Shown here: positions 24,240 through 33,103 of the stretch, one piece after another
Layout of the letters: the number at the start of each line of letters is the position of its first letter
How positions within the stretch are numbered: position 1 is the stretch's first letter
Source: an uncultured Candidatus Saccharibacteria bacterium
GTDB taxonomy: Bacteria > Patescibacteriota > Saccharimonadia > Saccharimonadales > CAZNVG01
NCBI GenBank assembly: GCA_964440975.1
Contig: CAYYKI010000002.1
Span: 163-64,162, forward strand
Reading direction: 5' to 3'
DNA: 64,000 nt
Notes under the pieces: generated by a model
Database searches by the model: none
The model's input: the letters and a program-made list of their open reading frames with translations, nothing else
What the model was told of the DNA's origin: nothing
Position numbers and translations under genes: made by a program

Positions 24240-24368
24240 TCAGGATGCGGAGAGTAGCAGATCTACTCCGGCCATGACGGCAATGACACCAATTGCAACT
24301 TTTGTTGCGAGCCTACTAGCCTCAACAAGTTGACTGTCATTTTCGTGCGACCGCTTTTCTGTGATCAT
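24240..24368 (-). CDS. Possible 42-aa membrane peptide
   Basis: An unlisted small ORF, MITEKRSHENDSQLVEASRLATKVAIGVIAVMAGVDLLLSAS*. It starts 13 nt after the recO stop and has one hydrophobic helix. Confidence 0.3.
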   Translation of the reverse strand: MITEKRSHENDSQLVEASRLATKVAIGVIAVMAGVDLLLSAS

Positions 24369-24380
24369 TGCACCATTTTA

Positions 24381-25058
24381 TCAAACGGCATCAAACATCC
24401 GGAACTGTTTAAGCCATTCATTCGCATACTCGGATGCGCCTTTTATCTTCATAAGCTGGACTGGGTTCAGCTGCCCTAGCAAGCGAGCAAACTTAATATG
24501 CTCAGCCGTCAGCTGACCATGCTCTTTTACTTCAAGACCACTTTCAAGTGAATTATACGCATAGGTTTTTATTGGATCTAGTTTAGTGCCTTCAATATCG
24601 TGGCTTAGGTTCGGCTGACGACCTTGTAGGCGCAAAAAATTCATATCAAACCATAGCTGCGTTACTGCCGGTTGCACTGCTAGATTGTTGAGACTATGCA
24701 GGACCACTAGCAGCATGTCGTAATAGCTATCTTCAAGCTGCGACTCACTCATACGGCCAATTGATTTAAGGATATTGAAGCCGAGCTGCATGCGATTATA
24801 GTTCTGGCTGATATTTGGGAAATGGCAATTCATACGGGCACTTCGCAATGTAGAAATCTCGCCCTTACCTTCAATTATCACAATGTCGTTGACGGTAAAC
24901 AACTCTACTCCGCCCGCTAATTTGCTCTTGACTTTACGCACCCCTTTAGCTAATACGGTGACCTTGCCTTGTCCTGCAGTAAGTAAATGAATAATCCGAT
25001 CTGCTTCCCCGTAATCTGTTCGGCCTAGGACAATTGCCTGTGTCTGATAATGATTCAT
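24381..25058 (-). CDS. recO: DNA repair protein RecO
   Basis: 225 aa with an N-terminal OB-fold pattern (TQAIVLGRTDYGEADRIIHLLT...GKVTVLAKGVRKVKSKLAG). Confidence 0.85.
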   Translation of the reverse strand: MNHYQTQAIVLGRTDYGEADRIIHLLTAGQGKVTVLAKGVRKVKSKLAGGVELFTVNDIVIIEGKGEISTLRSARMNCHFPNISQNYNRMQLGFNILKSIGRMSESQLEDSYYDMLLVVLHSLNNLAVQPAVTQLWFDMNFLRLQGRQPNLSHDIEGTKLDPIKTYAYNSLESGLEVKEHGQLTAEHIKFARLLGQLNPVQLMKIKGASEYANEWLKQFRMFDAV

Positions 25059-25435
25059 GCCTTTACTGTTTCTGATACCGTTGCCATGAGCTTACGTAAA
25101 GAATCTGAACCTTTTTGTATGTATCCTTCTATTCCATAGTCGTCGAACAAATCGGCTTGCTGCAGCTCAGCTGCCAGTCGACTTCGGCTGTGCAAAATGA
25201 CTGGAATACCGAGCCAGTCAGCATATGACCTAATCTCGTGTATCACCTCTATGCCACTCCGTACTCCCAGAAACAACTCAATAATAATTAGGTTCGGGAG
25301 TGCCTTGGGACTATCTAAATAATCGATTGCGGCCTGCGCAGTTCGCACTTGTTGCACTGTGCCAATTGACGCGAGTGCATCGCTCACCAATCTACTGTAG
25401 GCTCGATCGGGGTCGATTATTAATATTTCAGTCAT
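25055..25435 (-). CDS. Stand-alone receiver-domain protein with Glu in place of the phospho-acceptor Asp
   Basis: 126 aa with a CheY-like fold pattern. The end of beta3 reads NLIIIELFL where receivers normally have ...D... . The conserved Ser (ILHS) and Lys (YIQKG) positions are retained. Confidence 0.7.
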   Translation of the reverse strand: MTEILIIDPDRAYSRLVSDALASIGTVQQVRTAQAAIDYLDSPKALPNLIIIELFLGVRSGIEVIHEIRSYADWLGIPVILHSRSRLAAELQQADLFDDYGIEGYIQKGSDSLRKLMATVSETVKA

Positions 25436-26152
25436 TCAGACCTGCAGTAAGTTCAGTTGATTTGTCATTGGTAGGCGAACAACCGTGTGCCGTAGGCCCA
25501 AATCTGTAGCTGCCATAGATAAGTGGCCCTTCATTGCGTCAATGAGATCACGTGCGATGGCAAATGCTAAAACACTGTGTGCACGCAAGCCTTCTAATGG
25601 CTGCTCTTGCAGTGTCTTACCGGTTTGATAAAACTGTTTTTTGGTAATAACAGGTCCGTCATCAGTAATATGCAATTCGACGTTGTTTTCACGCTTAACT
25701 AATTTCGCAGCTGCCTGTAGTGGATGATCGCTCGTCTGAATGAGTAAGTCGCATAGTGCTTCTAGTGCAGCCTGTAGCGCCTGGCGATTACTCTGTGCCG
25801 GCCACGCATGTGAAGTTACGTCAATATAGTCGTGCAACGGCTGTAAGTGGTGTAAACGTAACCGTGATACGTAGGCTTGATGAGCCACTGCGGCTACATT
25901 CACCGGCTCCAGCTGCAGTTGCTGCTGACCCCCCATAACACCTTCGTGCAACAACAGCAAATCGGTCATCTGAAGCAATCTCTGACTCGATACATGTATG
26001 CCTGCAATATGATGCCGTATCGATTCTGGCAAAGCCGTTGCATCAAAGGATATCAGCTCTGCTGCAGCATTAATGTACTGTAGCGGTGCAGCAAACTCCG
26101 CAGCCAAAAGTCGTAGCTGTCGATACAGATGTTCTTGTCCTTGCGATTTCAT
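25436..26152 (-). CDS. Degenerate histidine-kinase-like protein (no phospho-His, eroded ATP-lid boxes)
   Basis: 238 aa and soluble. The H-box position reads AAEFAAPLQYI instead of SHELRTPL. The G1-like box is DDGPVI and the G2 box is absent. It is directly adjacent to the receiver gene, with no gap or overlap. Confidence 0.6.
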   Translation of the reverse strand: MKSQGQEHLYRQLRLLAAEFAAPLQYINAAAELISFDATALPESIRHHIAGIHVSSQRLLQMTDLLLLHEGVMGGQQQLQLEPVNVAAVAHQAYVSRLRLHHLQPLHDYIDVTSHAWPAQSNRQALQAALEALCDLLIQTSDHPLQAAAKLVKRENNVELHITDDGPVITKKQFYQTGKTLQEQPLEGLRAHSVLAFAIARDLIDAMKGHLSMAATDLGLRHTVVRLPMTNQLNLLQV

Positions 26153-26220
26153 ACCCCGCTCCTTTAACCTATTGTAGCACCAATATGGTGGGCGTTCGTA
26201 TCGTCTACGCTATATATAGG

Positions 26221-26871
26221 CTAAGGAACAAAGCTAAAGTTTTTGAGGATTATATCGTTAAAATCTGCTACGTAGTCAGGAGACTCGCTCCAAACTATGA
26301 TGGTCTTGTCGCGAATAGGCAGTATCACCATCGCGCCCTGCTTATCGCTATCTATCTTGCCATCATATCGTGTACCAGACGCCCCGGATACCTCAACTGG
26401 CGAAGCCTTTAGGTCACCACGCTTAACATTATCTGCCCATGTTTGGAGCTCTGCTGCGTACTTCGCATCCTTCAACTGTAATCTTAAGGCATATTTAATC
26501 TTCTTTTGGGGCGATGGCACAAACTTAGGGTGAAAATATCCGTTGATTTGCGTTTGCCCATCCAACTCCTCCACATAGGCACTCCATGTCTTGGGATAGC
26601 TGACTTTTATTGTTCCCAAGGTTGCGGGAGACTCATAGGTAACAAGCGGCTGCTTTTCTTTCTCAAAGAACTCAGCATCGAGCTTCTTTTTTTGATCTGA
26701 CTCAGCCTTGCTAACTGCCGTAGAGACCTTGTCGTCTACGTTATTCTTCGCATCTGAATATTTACCCTGTACGCTAATGCCAAATACCAACGAAGCGATA
26801 AGAAGCACGGCCAGAGCAATCGTAGAAACTAAGAAGGGGTTTACTTCCCCACTTTGATTAAGCTTACGCAT
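26221..26871 (-). CDS. Hypothetical membrane-anchored exported protein
   Basis: 216 aa. An N-terminal TM or signal anchor (FLVSTIALAVLLIASLVFGI) is followed by a mixed alpha/beta domain. I recognise no family. Confidence 0.5.
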   Translation of the reverse strand: MRKLNQSGEVNPFLVSTIALAVLLIASLVFGISVQGKYSDAKNNVDDKVSTAVSKAESDQKKKLDAEFFEKEKQPLVTYESPATLGTIKVSYPKTWSAYVEELDGQTQINGYFHPKFVPSPQKKIKYALRLQLKDAKYAAELQTWADNVKRGDLKASPVEVSGASGTRYDGKIDSDKQGAMVILPIRDKTIIVWSESPDYVADFNDIILKNFSFVP

Positions 26872-26910
26872 ATATGTAGAGTGTAGCGCACAGGTCAGGT
26901 AACTGGCAAA

Positions 26911-27405
26911 TCAACTCTTGTGTCCATAGTCATAGAGGAATAACCCCGAATGACTTTTGATGGGTTTTTTTTCTTTAATTTCAAAGGTAAAACTTACAAG
27001 CAGCACTGGGTGCGAGGCTGAGTATTCTATAACTTTTGTGTGCAATTTTTGCATAAACCTTGTATGCAAGAAAACAAATACCCCGTCTACCGGGGGCCAC
27101 TGCTTACGCCAGTAATTTCCAAAATGCACAGTCGCAAGTGTTCTATATTTGCGTATGCGGAGCCAGCTGATCAAGTATAAGATTGGATTAAGTTCGTATC
27201 CTACAGATCTAATACCCCGCTGCGCGGCGGCAATTAACAGCGTCCCATCTCCTGAACCGAGATCAAGTAGTGTCTGACCTTTTTGTAGGCCCATTAGATC
27301 GAACGCCTCCGCAACTTGAGGTTTTAGTGTCGGTAGGTACGGAGCGCCAAAAAAAACTACCAGCCCAAAACACAAAAAAATTACTATCAATACAATTAGT
27401 ATCAT
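26911..27405 (-). CDS. Class I SAM-dependent methyltransferase with an N-terminal TM segment
   Basis: 164 aa with the SAM-binding motif LLDLGSGDGTLLIAAAQRG. Confidence 0.6.
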   Translation of the reverse strand: MILIVLIVIFLCFGLVVFFGAPYLPTLKPQVAEAFDLMGLQKGQTLLDLGSGDGTLLIAAAQRGIRSVGYELNPILYLISWLRIRKYRTLATVHFGNYWRKQWPPVDGVFVFLHTRFMQKLHTKVIEYSASHPVLLVSFTFEIKEKKPIKSHSGLFLYDYGHKS

Positions 27406-27603
27406 TTATTCCGAAAGCTCAGTTCTCAGTTCTACGAGTTTGTTCTCTGCAGTGGAGAGGTAATCCTCAAGCTGTTTGGCAGCATGAATAGCCTCTTTGT
27501 ACTTAGCAATTGCCTCATCAATATCGATATCTTCCTGTTCAAACCACTCGAGTAATTCATCGAGTTGTTTGCGCAAGGATTTGTATGTTTTTGCAGTTGC
27601 CAT
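27406..27603 (-). CDS. xseB: Exodeoxyribonuclease VII small subunit
   Basis: 65 aa with the helical hairpin pattern YKSLRKQLDELLEWFEQEDIDIDEAIAKYKEA. It lies immediately downstream of xseA. Confidence 0.85.
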   Translation of the reverse strand: MATAKTYKSLRKQLDELLEWFEQEDIDIDEAIAKYKEAIHAAKQLEDYLSTAENKLVELRTELSE

Positions 27604-27605
27604 AG

Positions 27606-28718
27606 CTAGCTGATTATAGCGCCCTTTTTCCCATCATGAAACTGTACGATTACCGGGTCTCCAGATGATAACTGTTTGGCCGAGCGCACAGTTTTATCCG
27701 CTTTTCGAATAAGACTGTATCCGCGACGCAAAATTTCCGTCGGATTATACGACTCAATAAGCTGCTGGTGTGCTATTAGGATACTGCGGGCGTTGGCCAA
27801 CACTGCATCACTACTCATTTGTATGCTAGACAGCACCTGCTGCAGGCCAGATTTTTGCTCCTGGAGGATGCGCCCAATACTACTACCAACTTGTTCTACC
27901 CTCCCCCAGGCCTCACCTATTTCATACTTGCGTTCAGGCACTAGCAGCTGTGCTGCGTTTGTGGGCGTGCTGGCACGCATATCCGCAGCCAGCTCTGCGA
28001 GACTTACATCTACCTCGTGCCCTATTGCTATAAGGGTCGGTATTCGACTACCGGCAACCGCTCGTACCACTCGTTCATCGCTAAACGCCGCTAGGTCGTC
28101 TTGACTGCCGCCGCCACGTACAACGACAAGCACTTCTGGTGGACTTGGACTACGATTGAAGGCTTCAATTGATGCAATGAGCTGAGCTGGAGCATCCACA
28201 CCCTGCACTAGGCTATCTCGCCTCACAATGGTAATCCCGCCCCATCTTTCAGCAATAATTTTTAAGAAATCCGCCTCTGCAGCTGAACCACGACTCGTGA
28301 TAAGCCCAACGCTTTCTGGTATGGCTGGCAGTGGGCGCTTGCGACTCTGCTCAAATAGACCCTCTTTTGTTAGTTTCTGCAGTAGAAGGTCCTGTGCTTT
28401 CTTAAGACTACCCTCTCCACTAACGGCAATGTTCTGGACGTTAAAACTGAAACCATACTGTAGGTGATTACGAGGCGATCCGGCGACTTTTATCACCATG
28501 CCGTCTTCGAGTGGCCCAGGTAGTTGATAAATACTGCCAAAACAATTTAGAGTAGCCGTTTCATCTTTTAACTTAAAGTATAGCCACCTCCCTTTACTTA
28601 CACGAAACTCGGCAAGCTCTCCTTCAACGGTCGCTAATGGATAGGCCGTCTCTAGCGTCTGGTTGAGCATGCTTAAAAAGTCAGTGACTGACAATACTAG
28701 ATCATTCATTTGATACAT
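27606..28718 (-). CDS. xseA: Exodeoxyribonuclease VII large subunit
   Basis: 370 aa with an N-terminal OB-fold (VEGELAEFRVSKGRWLYFKLKD) and a catalytic core (VVVRGGGSQDDLAAF, IGHEVD). Confidence 0.9.
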   Translation of the reverse strand: MYQMNDLVLSVTDFLSMLNQTLETAYPLATVEGELAEFRVSKGRWLYFKLKDETATLNCFGSIYQLPGPLEDGMVIKVAGSPRNHLQYGFSFNVQNIAVSGEGSLKKAQDLLLQKLTKEGLFEQSRKRPLPAIPESVGLITSRGSAAEADFLKIIAERWGGITIVRRDSLVQGVDAPAQLIASIEAFNRSPSPPEVLVVVRGGGSQDDLAAFSDERVVRAVAGSRIPTLIAIGHEVDVSLAELAADMRASTPTNAAQLLVPERKYEIGEAWGRVEQVGSSIGRILQEQKSGLQQVLSSIQMSSDAVLANARSILIAHQQLIESYNPTEILRRGYSLIRKADKTVRSAKQLSSGDPVIVQFHDGKKGAIIS

Positions 28719-29724
28719 TTTGCTTTAGTAGCGAGCGATGATACAAAACATATCCGGCCGGGATAAAGATAGACATATTAATGACACGATACACGACGGT
28801 AACTGAAAGGCTTACCCCGGCTGGAACACCCGATGATACCATCACTACCGTCATTAGACTTTCGTACACACCAATACCACCAGGTACTGCCGCCAAGGCT
28901 CCAGCCACATTCGCAACACCGAACGCAACCGTCACCGCTGCTAAATTTACATTCTGGCCAAAAGCTAGATAGACCCAATAAATAGTCAGCACCTCAGTTA
29001 GGTTAATCACTAGTGCATACACCCCGGGCACCAACAGCTTGGAGCGTTCGAGCATGATTGCTATGTAGTCCTTGTTTAATTCAACAAGCGTGCGGCGCCC
29101 ACGATCTTCTGGTATTAAACGTGATGATTTAACCCGTATAAGTTTAAGAAAACTGTTCAGTGTCTTTATCACATACGTTGAGATGGCGACTATTCGGCGA
29201 CGACTACTGATTATGTATAGAACCCCCATCCCCCCGAACAAAAATAACCCCGCCAAACCAACCACGATATATATCGTCGCTTTGTAGGCACCGCCTTGAA
29301 TAATTAACGTCACCATGGCAGCGAGCAACATAACCTGGAAGCTTGCGAACAACAGCCCGAATCGAGCAAATGTCGCTAATGTTGCCTTAGCGGTGCTTAT
29401 GCCCCAATGCTTTAATCGATACGCTATGAACGATGCACCGCTTAAGCCACCACTTGGAAAAACATGGTTAACAAAGTTTAGCTCCACTGCCAACCTATAT
29501 AGCGGTCTATACGCAATATTATTGCCATAGGCCTCAAAATATCTCTCATACATACGAGCGTTGGCATGGTAGCCAAGCAGCTGCGTGGGTATCATTAATA
29601 GCAATAGCCACGGATTAGCTTCGGGAAGTTTGCGCCATGCATCGGCAATATCGTGTCGTGCGACATATATGACAATCGCCATTGCGATCGCTGCAGCTGC
29701 ACTAAAGAATGTTCTTGCTTTCAT
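28702..29724 (-). CDS. Polytopic membrane protein, LPG-synthase-TM/flippase-like (UPF0104-like)
   Basis: 340 aa with about 8 TM segments. The assignment is based on general architecture only. Confidence 0.45.
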   Translation of the reverse strand: MKARTFFSAAAAIAMAIVIYVARHDIADAWRKLPEANPWLLLLMIPTQLLGYHANARMYERYFEAYGNNIAYRPLYRLAVELNFVNHVFPSGGLSGASFIAYRLKHWGISTAKATLATFARFGLLFASFQVMLLAAMVTLIIQGGAYKATIYIVVGLAGLFLFGGMGVLYIISSRRRIVAISTYVIKTLNSFLKLIRVKSSRLIPEDRGRRTLVELNKDYIAIMLERSKLLVPGVYALVINLTEVLTIYWVYLAFGQNVNLAAVTVAFGVANVAGALAAVPGGIGVYESLMTVVMVSSGVPAGVSLSVTVVYRVINMSIFIPAGYVLYHRSLLKQNVSNE

Positions 29725-29778
29725 ATGCGTAGGTTTTATTATATCCCGAAACTACACTAGTCGGCTATAATCGTAATA

Positions 29779-30951
29779 ATGCAAGCAACAGTTGCGATCC
29801 TAGGGCGCCAACCAGCTATAAGTACTGCCGAACTAGAAGCTATATTCGGTGCGGATAAGGTGCGCCCCGTAAACCAGAGCGCGGTTGAGATCTCTGTGCC
29901 CCCAGAGGAGTTTTTTTGGTCTGATTTTGGTGGGGTTATAAAGACCGGTAAGCTCCTAGCATATCTGGAAACGACCCAGTGGTCAGAATTGGTTGGCTAT
30001 ATCTATAAAACACTGCCCGATCACCTTCAGTACCTTCCTGAAGGAAAAATTAAGTTTGGACTCAGCTTGTATGGAATTAAATCTTCCGTTAAAGACGTAA
30101 ACCGAGCTGGCATAAAGCTAAAAAAACTCATTAAACTTCACGGCCGCTCAGTTCGCGTTATACCCAACACTGAACTAGCGCTGAACACTGCCCAAGTTGA
30201 GCACAATCGACTCTCAAGCTCAACGCTTGGTATGGAGTTACTTTTAATTAGAGATGGTAAGCGGACGATATTGGCGCAAACTATTGGAATTCAAAATATC
30301 AAAAGCTACACGATACGAGATCGTGAACGACCAAAACGTGATGCAAAAGTAGGCATGCTGCCACCCAAGCTAGCCCAAATAATCATCAACCTAGCCTGTG
30401 GTAATAAAAAGAAGCAAACAATTCTCGATCCGTTTTGTGGGACCGGAGTCGTCCTACAAGAAAGCATGCTACTTGGTCATGCCGCTTATGGCACAGATAT
30501 CGATAAGCGAATGGTGCAGTATGCCACGCAAAACATTGCGTGGCTACGCGACACATTCCACGCACAAGTACCGTGTGCAATCGAACAAGGTGATGCCCGA
30601 AAGCATCAGTGGCAGGATTTTGATATTGTCGCCGGCGAAACATATCTCGGCGAGCCACTCACTTCCCTGCCAAGCCTATCTCACCTCGAGGAAATTGTGA
30701 GAGCAAACGACAAATTACACCGTGAGTTCCTGGAAAATCTGGCTTCGCAGATGAAAAAAGGCCAACGAGCTTGTTTAGCTATGCCCGCCTGGCGTTTAAA
30801 ATCGCAATTTAAGCACCTGCCCTGCCTTGACGACCTCGAGAAACTGGGGTATACTCGTGTGAGTTTTGCTCATGCAAGCAACAAAGAATTGATCTACTTT
30901 AGGGATGATCAGTTTGTTGCACGAGAGCTAGTAGTATTAGTAAGGAAGTAA
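29779..30951 (+). CDS. Putative RNA (or DNA) methylase of the UPF0020/Trm11-like type
   Basis: 390 aa. It carries PPKLAQIIINLA followed by the SAM motif ILDPFCGTGVVLQES. Confidence 0.6.
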   Translation: MQATVAILGRQPAISTAELEAIFGADKVRPVNQSAVEISVPPEEFFWSDFGGVIKTGKLLAYLETTQWSELVGYIYKTLPDHLQYLPEGKIKFGLSLYGIKSSVKDVNRAGIKLKKLIKLHGRSVRVIPNTELALNTAQVEHNRLSSSTLGMELLLIRDGKRTILAQTIGIQNIKSYTIRDRERPKRDAKVGMLPPKLAQIIINLACGNKKKQTILDPFCGTGVVLQESMLLGHAAYGTDIDKRMVQYATQNIAWLRDTFHAQVPCAIEQGDARKHQWQDFDIVAGETYLGEPLTSLPSLSHLEEIVRANDKLHREFLENLASQMKKGQRACLAMPAWRLKSQFKHLPCLDDLEKLGYTRVSFAHASNKELIYFRDDQFVARELVVLVRK

Positions 30952-30952
30952 T

Positions 30953-31225
30953 ATGTCACACGTCAAAGCAGGTGGTTCAAGTAAAAACATTCACGATAGT
31001 CCCGGCCAACGCCTTGGTGTTAAGCTGTATGGTGGCCAAACCGTTAAGACGGGTGGCATTATTGTTCGCCAAGTAGGTCGAACCAAGCTGGCCGGTCCTG
31101 GCACAAAAATGGGCCGTGATTTTACTATATTTGCTGCAAAAGACGGTGTTGTCACCTACCGTAAAACAAAAATTCGCCACTTTACCGGCAAATCACTCCC
31201 TCGCACCGAAGTTAGCGTACAGTAA
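30953..31225 (+). CDS. rpmA: 50S ribosomal protein L27
   Basis: 90 aa: MSHVKAGGSSKNIHDSPGQRLGVKLYGGQ...IIVRQVG. Confidence 0.95.
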   Translation: MSHVKAGGSSKNIHDSPGQRLGVKLYGGQTVKTGGIIVRQVGRTKLAGPGTKMGRDFTIFAAKDGVVTYRKTKIRHFTGKSLPRTEVSVQ

Positions 31226-31646
31226 CTGGTGGTTTAGGCCCCCACTCTTTGGGGCGCAGATGATCATACAATTCAATTAGTCCAGTTGGCTTTGGTGTCA
31301 GTGGATTTTTTAGGTGATCGGGGATGTCAGTAATTAAACCAGGACACTCGTTCGTTTTATCACATCAAAATCGAAATATTCATGAACTGACAATTTGCCA
31401 AGCGTCTTTGCTTCCTCGGCACGCTTATCTTCTTCTCTATAATAATTCCACCCTTCTACCCTGGACTTGCTATCCTCGAGCGATCCAAAATAGCCTCACC
31501 ACCGGCGAGCGTATAGAATACGCCACCACGAGGGTCCATATCTCGTCATATTGAATGTCGACCTTTGCATTCATCGCCGTACATTTCATCTAAACGCGAG
31601 CATAATCTCAGCTTGCTTCGTCTTCAGGAGTAAATACCATAATAAC

Positions 31647-33029
31647 TTAACTTGGCTTCCTAGCTTTACCCACCACCTGATTTCCGAAATCATCAACAAT
31701 TAACGTTGGATGGCTATTGTAAGGGTCAATATTAGGTTGTGGCACACCCGACGAAACTGCGTTAGCAAAGTTACTGGTGTTCCACCAATATGACAGGTTA
31801 ACGGTGAATGGTCGTGGCTCTATATGGCCGAACGACAACTCGGCAACATTAGCGCGCTCTACAGTGACATCATAGGGCCCCGCCGTTTCACGTCTTGTCG
31901 TCTCAAAGTATCGATCGATTGCATCATGTCGAATAGGGTCAAGCAGATCGGAAGCATATGCGTATAAGACGGTTGATTCGGCAAAATCTTCAAGATCGTT
32001 CGTATGGGCATATTCGGTCGGCGGTTTAGCCTCCATTATTGCCTGTATACCAAACTTACCTAGGTTGCTCACCGTCTCGCCATATCCACCGTCATACTCA
32101 ATAGCAGGGCGCTCGAGTTGTTCTTTCTGCCCTTTTACCAACACCCCATAATCATCAATGGTTCTAATATTCTTAGTTTTCCAACCCACAGCGTCTGCAT
32201 ATTCCGTGAAGCCGCGCATTCGGTTACTCTGCGCATTCAATTGCACAAAATGACCAAGCTCGTGAGTAACGGTCATTCCTAGTGGATCAGCATCTACATC
32301 ATCAAATTTTTGATAAGCCACACTACCGTCAATCAAGGCCTCACTTAACAACAAAACCCCACTCACCGCATTCATGGAACCGACGGTATCGGGGTTGATT
32401 TCATCATCTGAAACAGTCCTGTTCTGCTCAGCAGCTGCCTTCTGCCTATCATTGTCGCTGATAAAACGTTGACGCTTTTGAATCATCAGCATACTAACAC
32501 CGTCCATAGTATCTGGTGACCCTTTTGCAACTAGGTTAGCAAATGCACCTCGAATTGACTCAACTTGCTCCTCAGACAATGCGGTTTCAGACATATTCAA
32601 AAGCGGGATTTCTCTACCAGCGATAACAATGTTGAAAGCTTCAGTAATGTCATCTTCAGCAATTGCCTCCATTGCTTGTGGAGAATATAAATATTTAGCA
32701 CCATCATATAAAAGCCTTCGATGCACTTCATCTTCTATTCGGTCTTTTATAGCAGCCTCAATTTTTGGTTTAGACTCCGGCTTTAGCTCAATATCTTTAG
32801 GCATTGAGCTATTAGGCTTCCTAGACAGAATGTCAGTTTCTTCAATTTGCTGAGCTAATGAAATATCAGCAGGCGCGAAGTTATCTGTATCTAAGCCACG
32901 AATATCAATCTCGATATCACCGTTGTCAAGCGCTGCATCTACATCAGCCTCTAACTGTTCGGCGGGCGCAAACACTTCGGCTGCTGGCCGACGACTAACT
33001 TCATGAGTTTTTTGGAGTGCTTCTGACAT
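31647..33029 (-). CDS. Putative zinc metalloprotease (gluzincin; HExxH plus a distal EDFAE, anthrax-LF/ATLF-like arrangement)
   Basis: 460 aa with an acidic N-terminal half. It carries THELGHFV, and about 80 residues later NDLEDFAESTVLYAY. No signal peptide or TM is seen. Confidence 0.6.
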   Translation of the reverse strand: MSEALQKTHEVSRRPAAEVFAPAEQLEADVDAALDNGDIEIDIRGLDTDNFAPADISLAQQIEETDILSRKPNSSMPKDIELKPESKPKIEAAIKDRIEDEVHRRLLYDGAKYLYSPQAMEAIAEDDITEAFNIVIAGREIPLLNMSETALSEEQVESIRGAFANLVAKGSPDTMDGVSMLMIQKRQRFISDNDRQKAAAEQNRTVSDDEINPDTVGSMNAVSGVLLLSEALIDGSVAYQKFDDVDADPLGMTVTHELGHFVQLNAQSNRMRGFTEYADAVGWKTKNIRTIDDYGVLVKGQKEQLERPAIEYDGGYGETVSNLGKFGIQAIMEAKPPTEYAHTNDLEDFAESTVLYAYASDLLDPIRHDAIDRYFETTRRETAGPYDVTVERANVAELSFGHIEPRPFTVNLSYWWNTSNFANAVSSGVPQPNIDPYNSHPTLIVDDFGNQVVGKARKPS

Positions 33030-33056
33030 ATTTTTTGTATCTGTTTATACATATAA

Positions 33057-33082
33057 ACACTAGCACAATATTGTGCTAGTGT
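33057..33082. promoter_or_regulatory. 26-bp perfect palindrome ACACTAGCACAAT|ATTGTGCTAGTGT
   Basis: Read directly. It lies in the 74-nt spacer between the receiver gene stop (33104) and the metalloprotease start (33029). Confidence 0.6.
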
Positions 33083-33103
33083 CAATGTTATTTACAGATT
33101 TCG

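Noticed and set aside
31324-31554. A plus-strand 76-aa ORF in the L27-metalloprotease gap.
   Set aside because: It has no RBS, an odd composition and no motif. The opposite strand gives a more protein-like, although frameshifted, reading.
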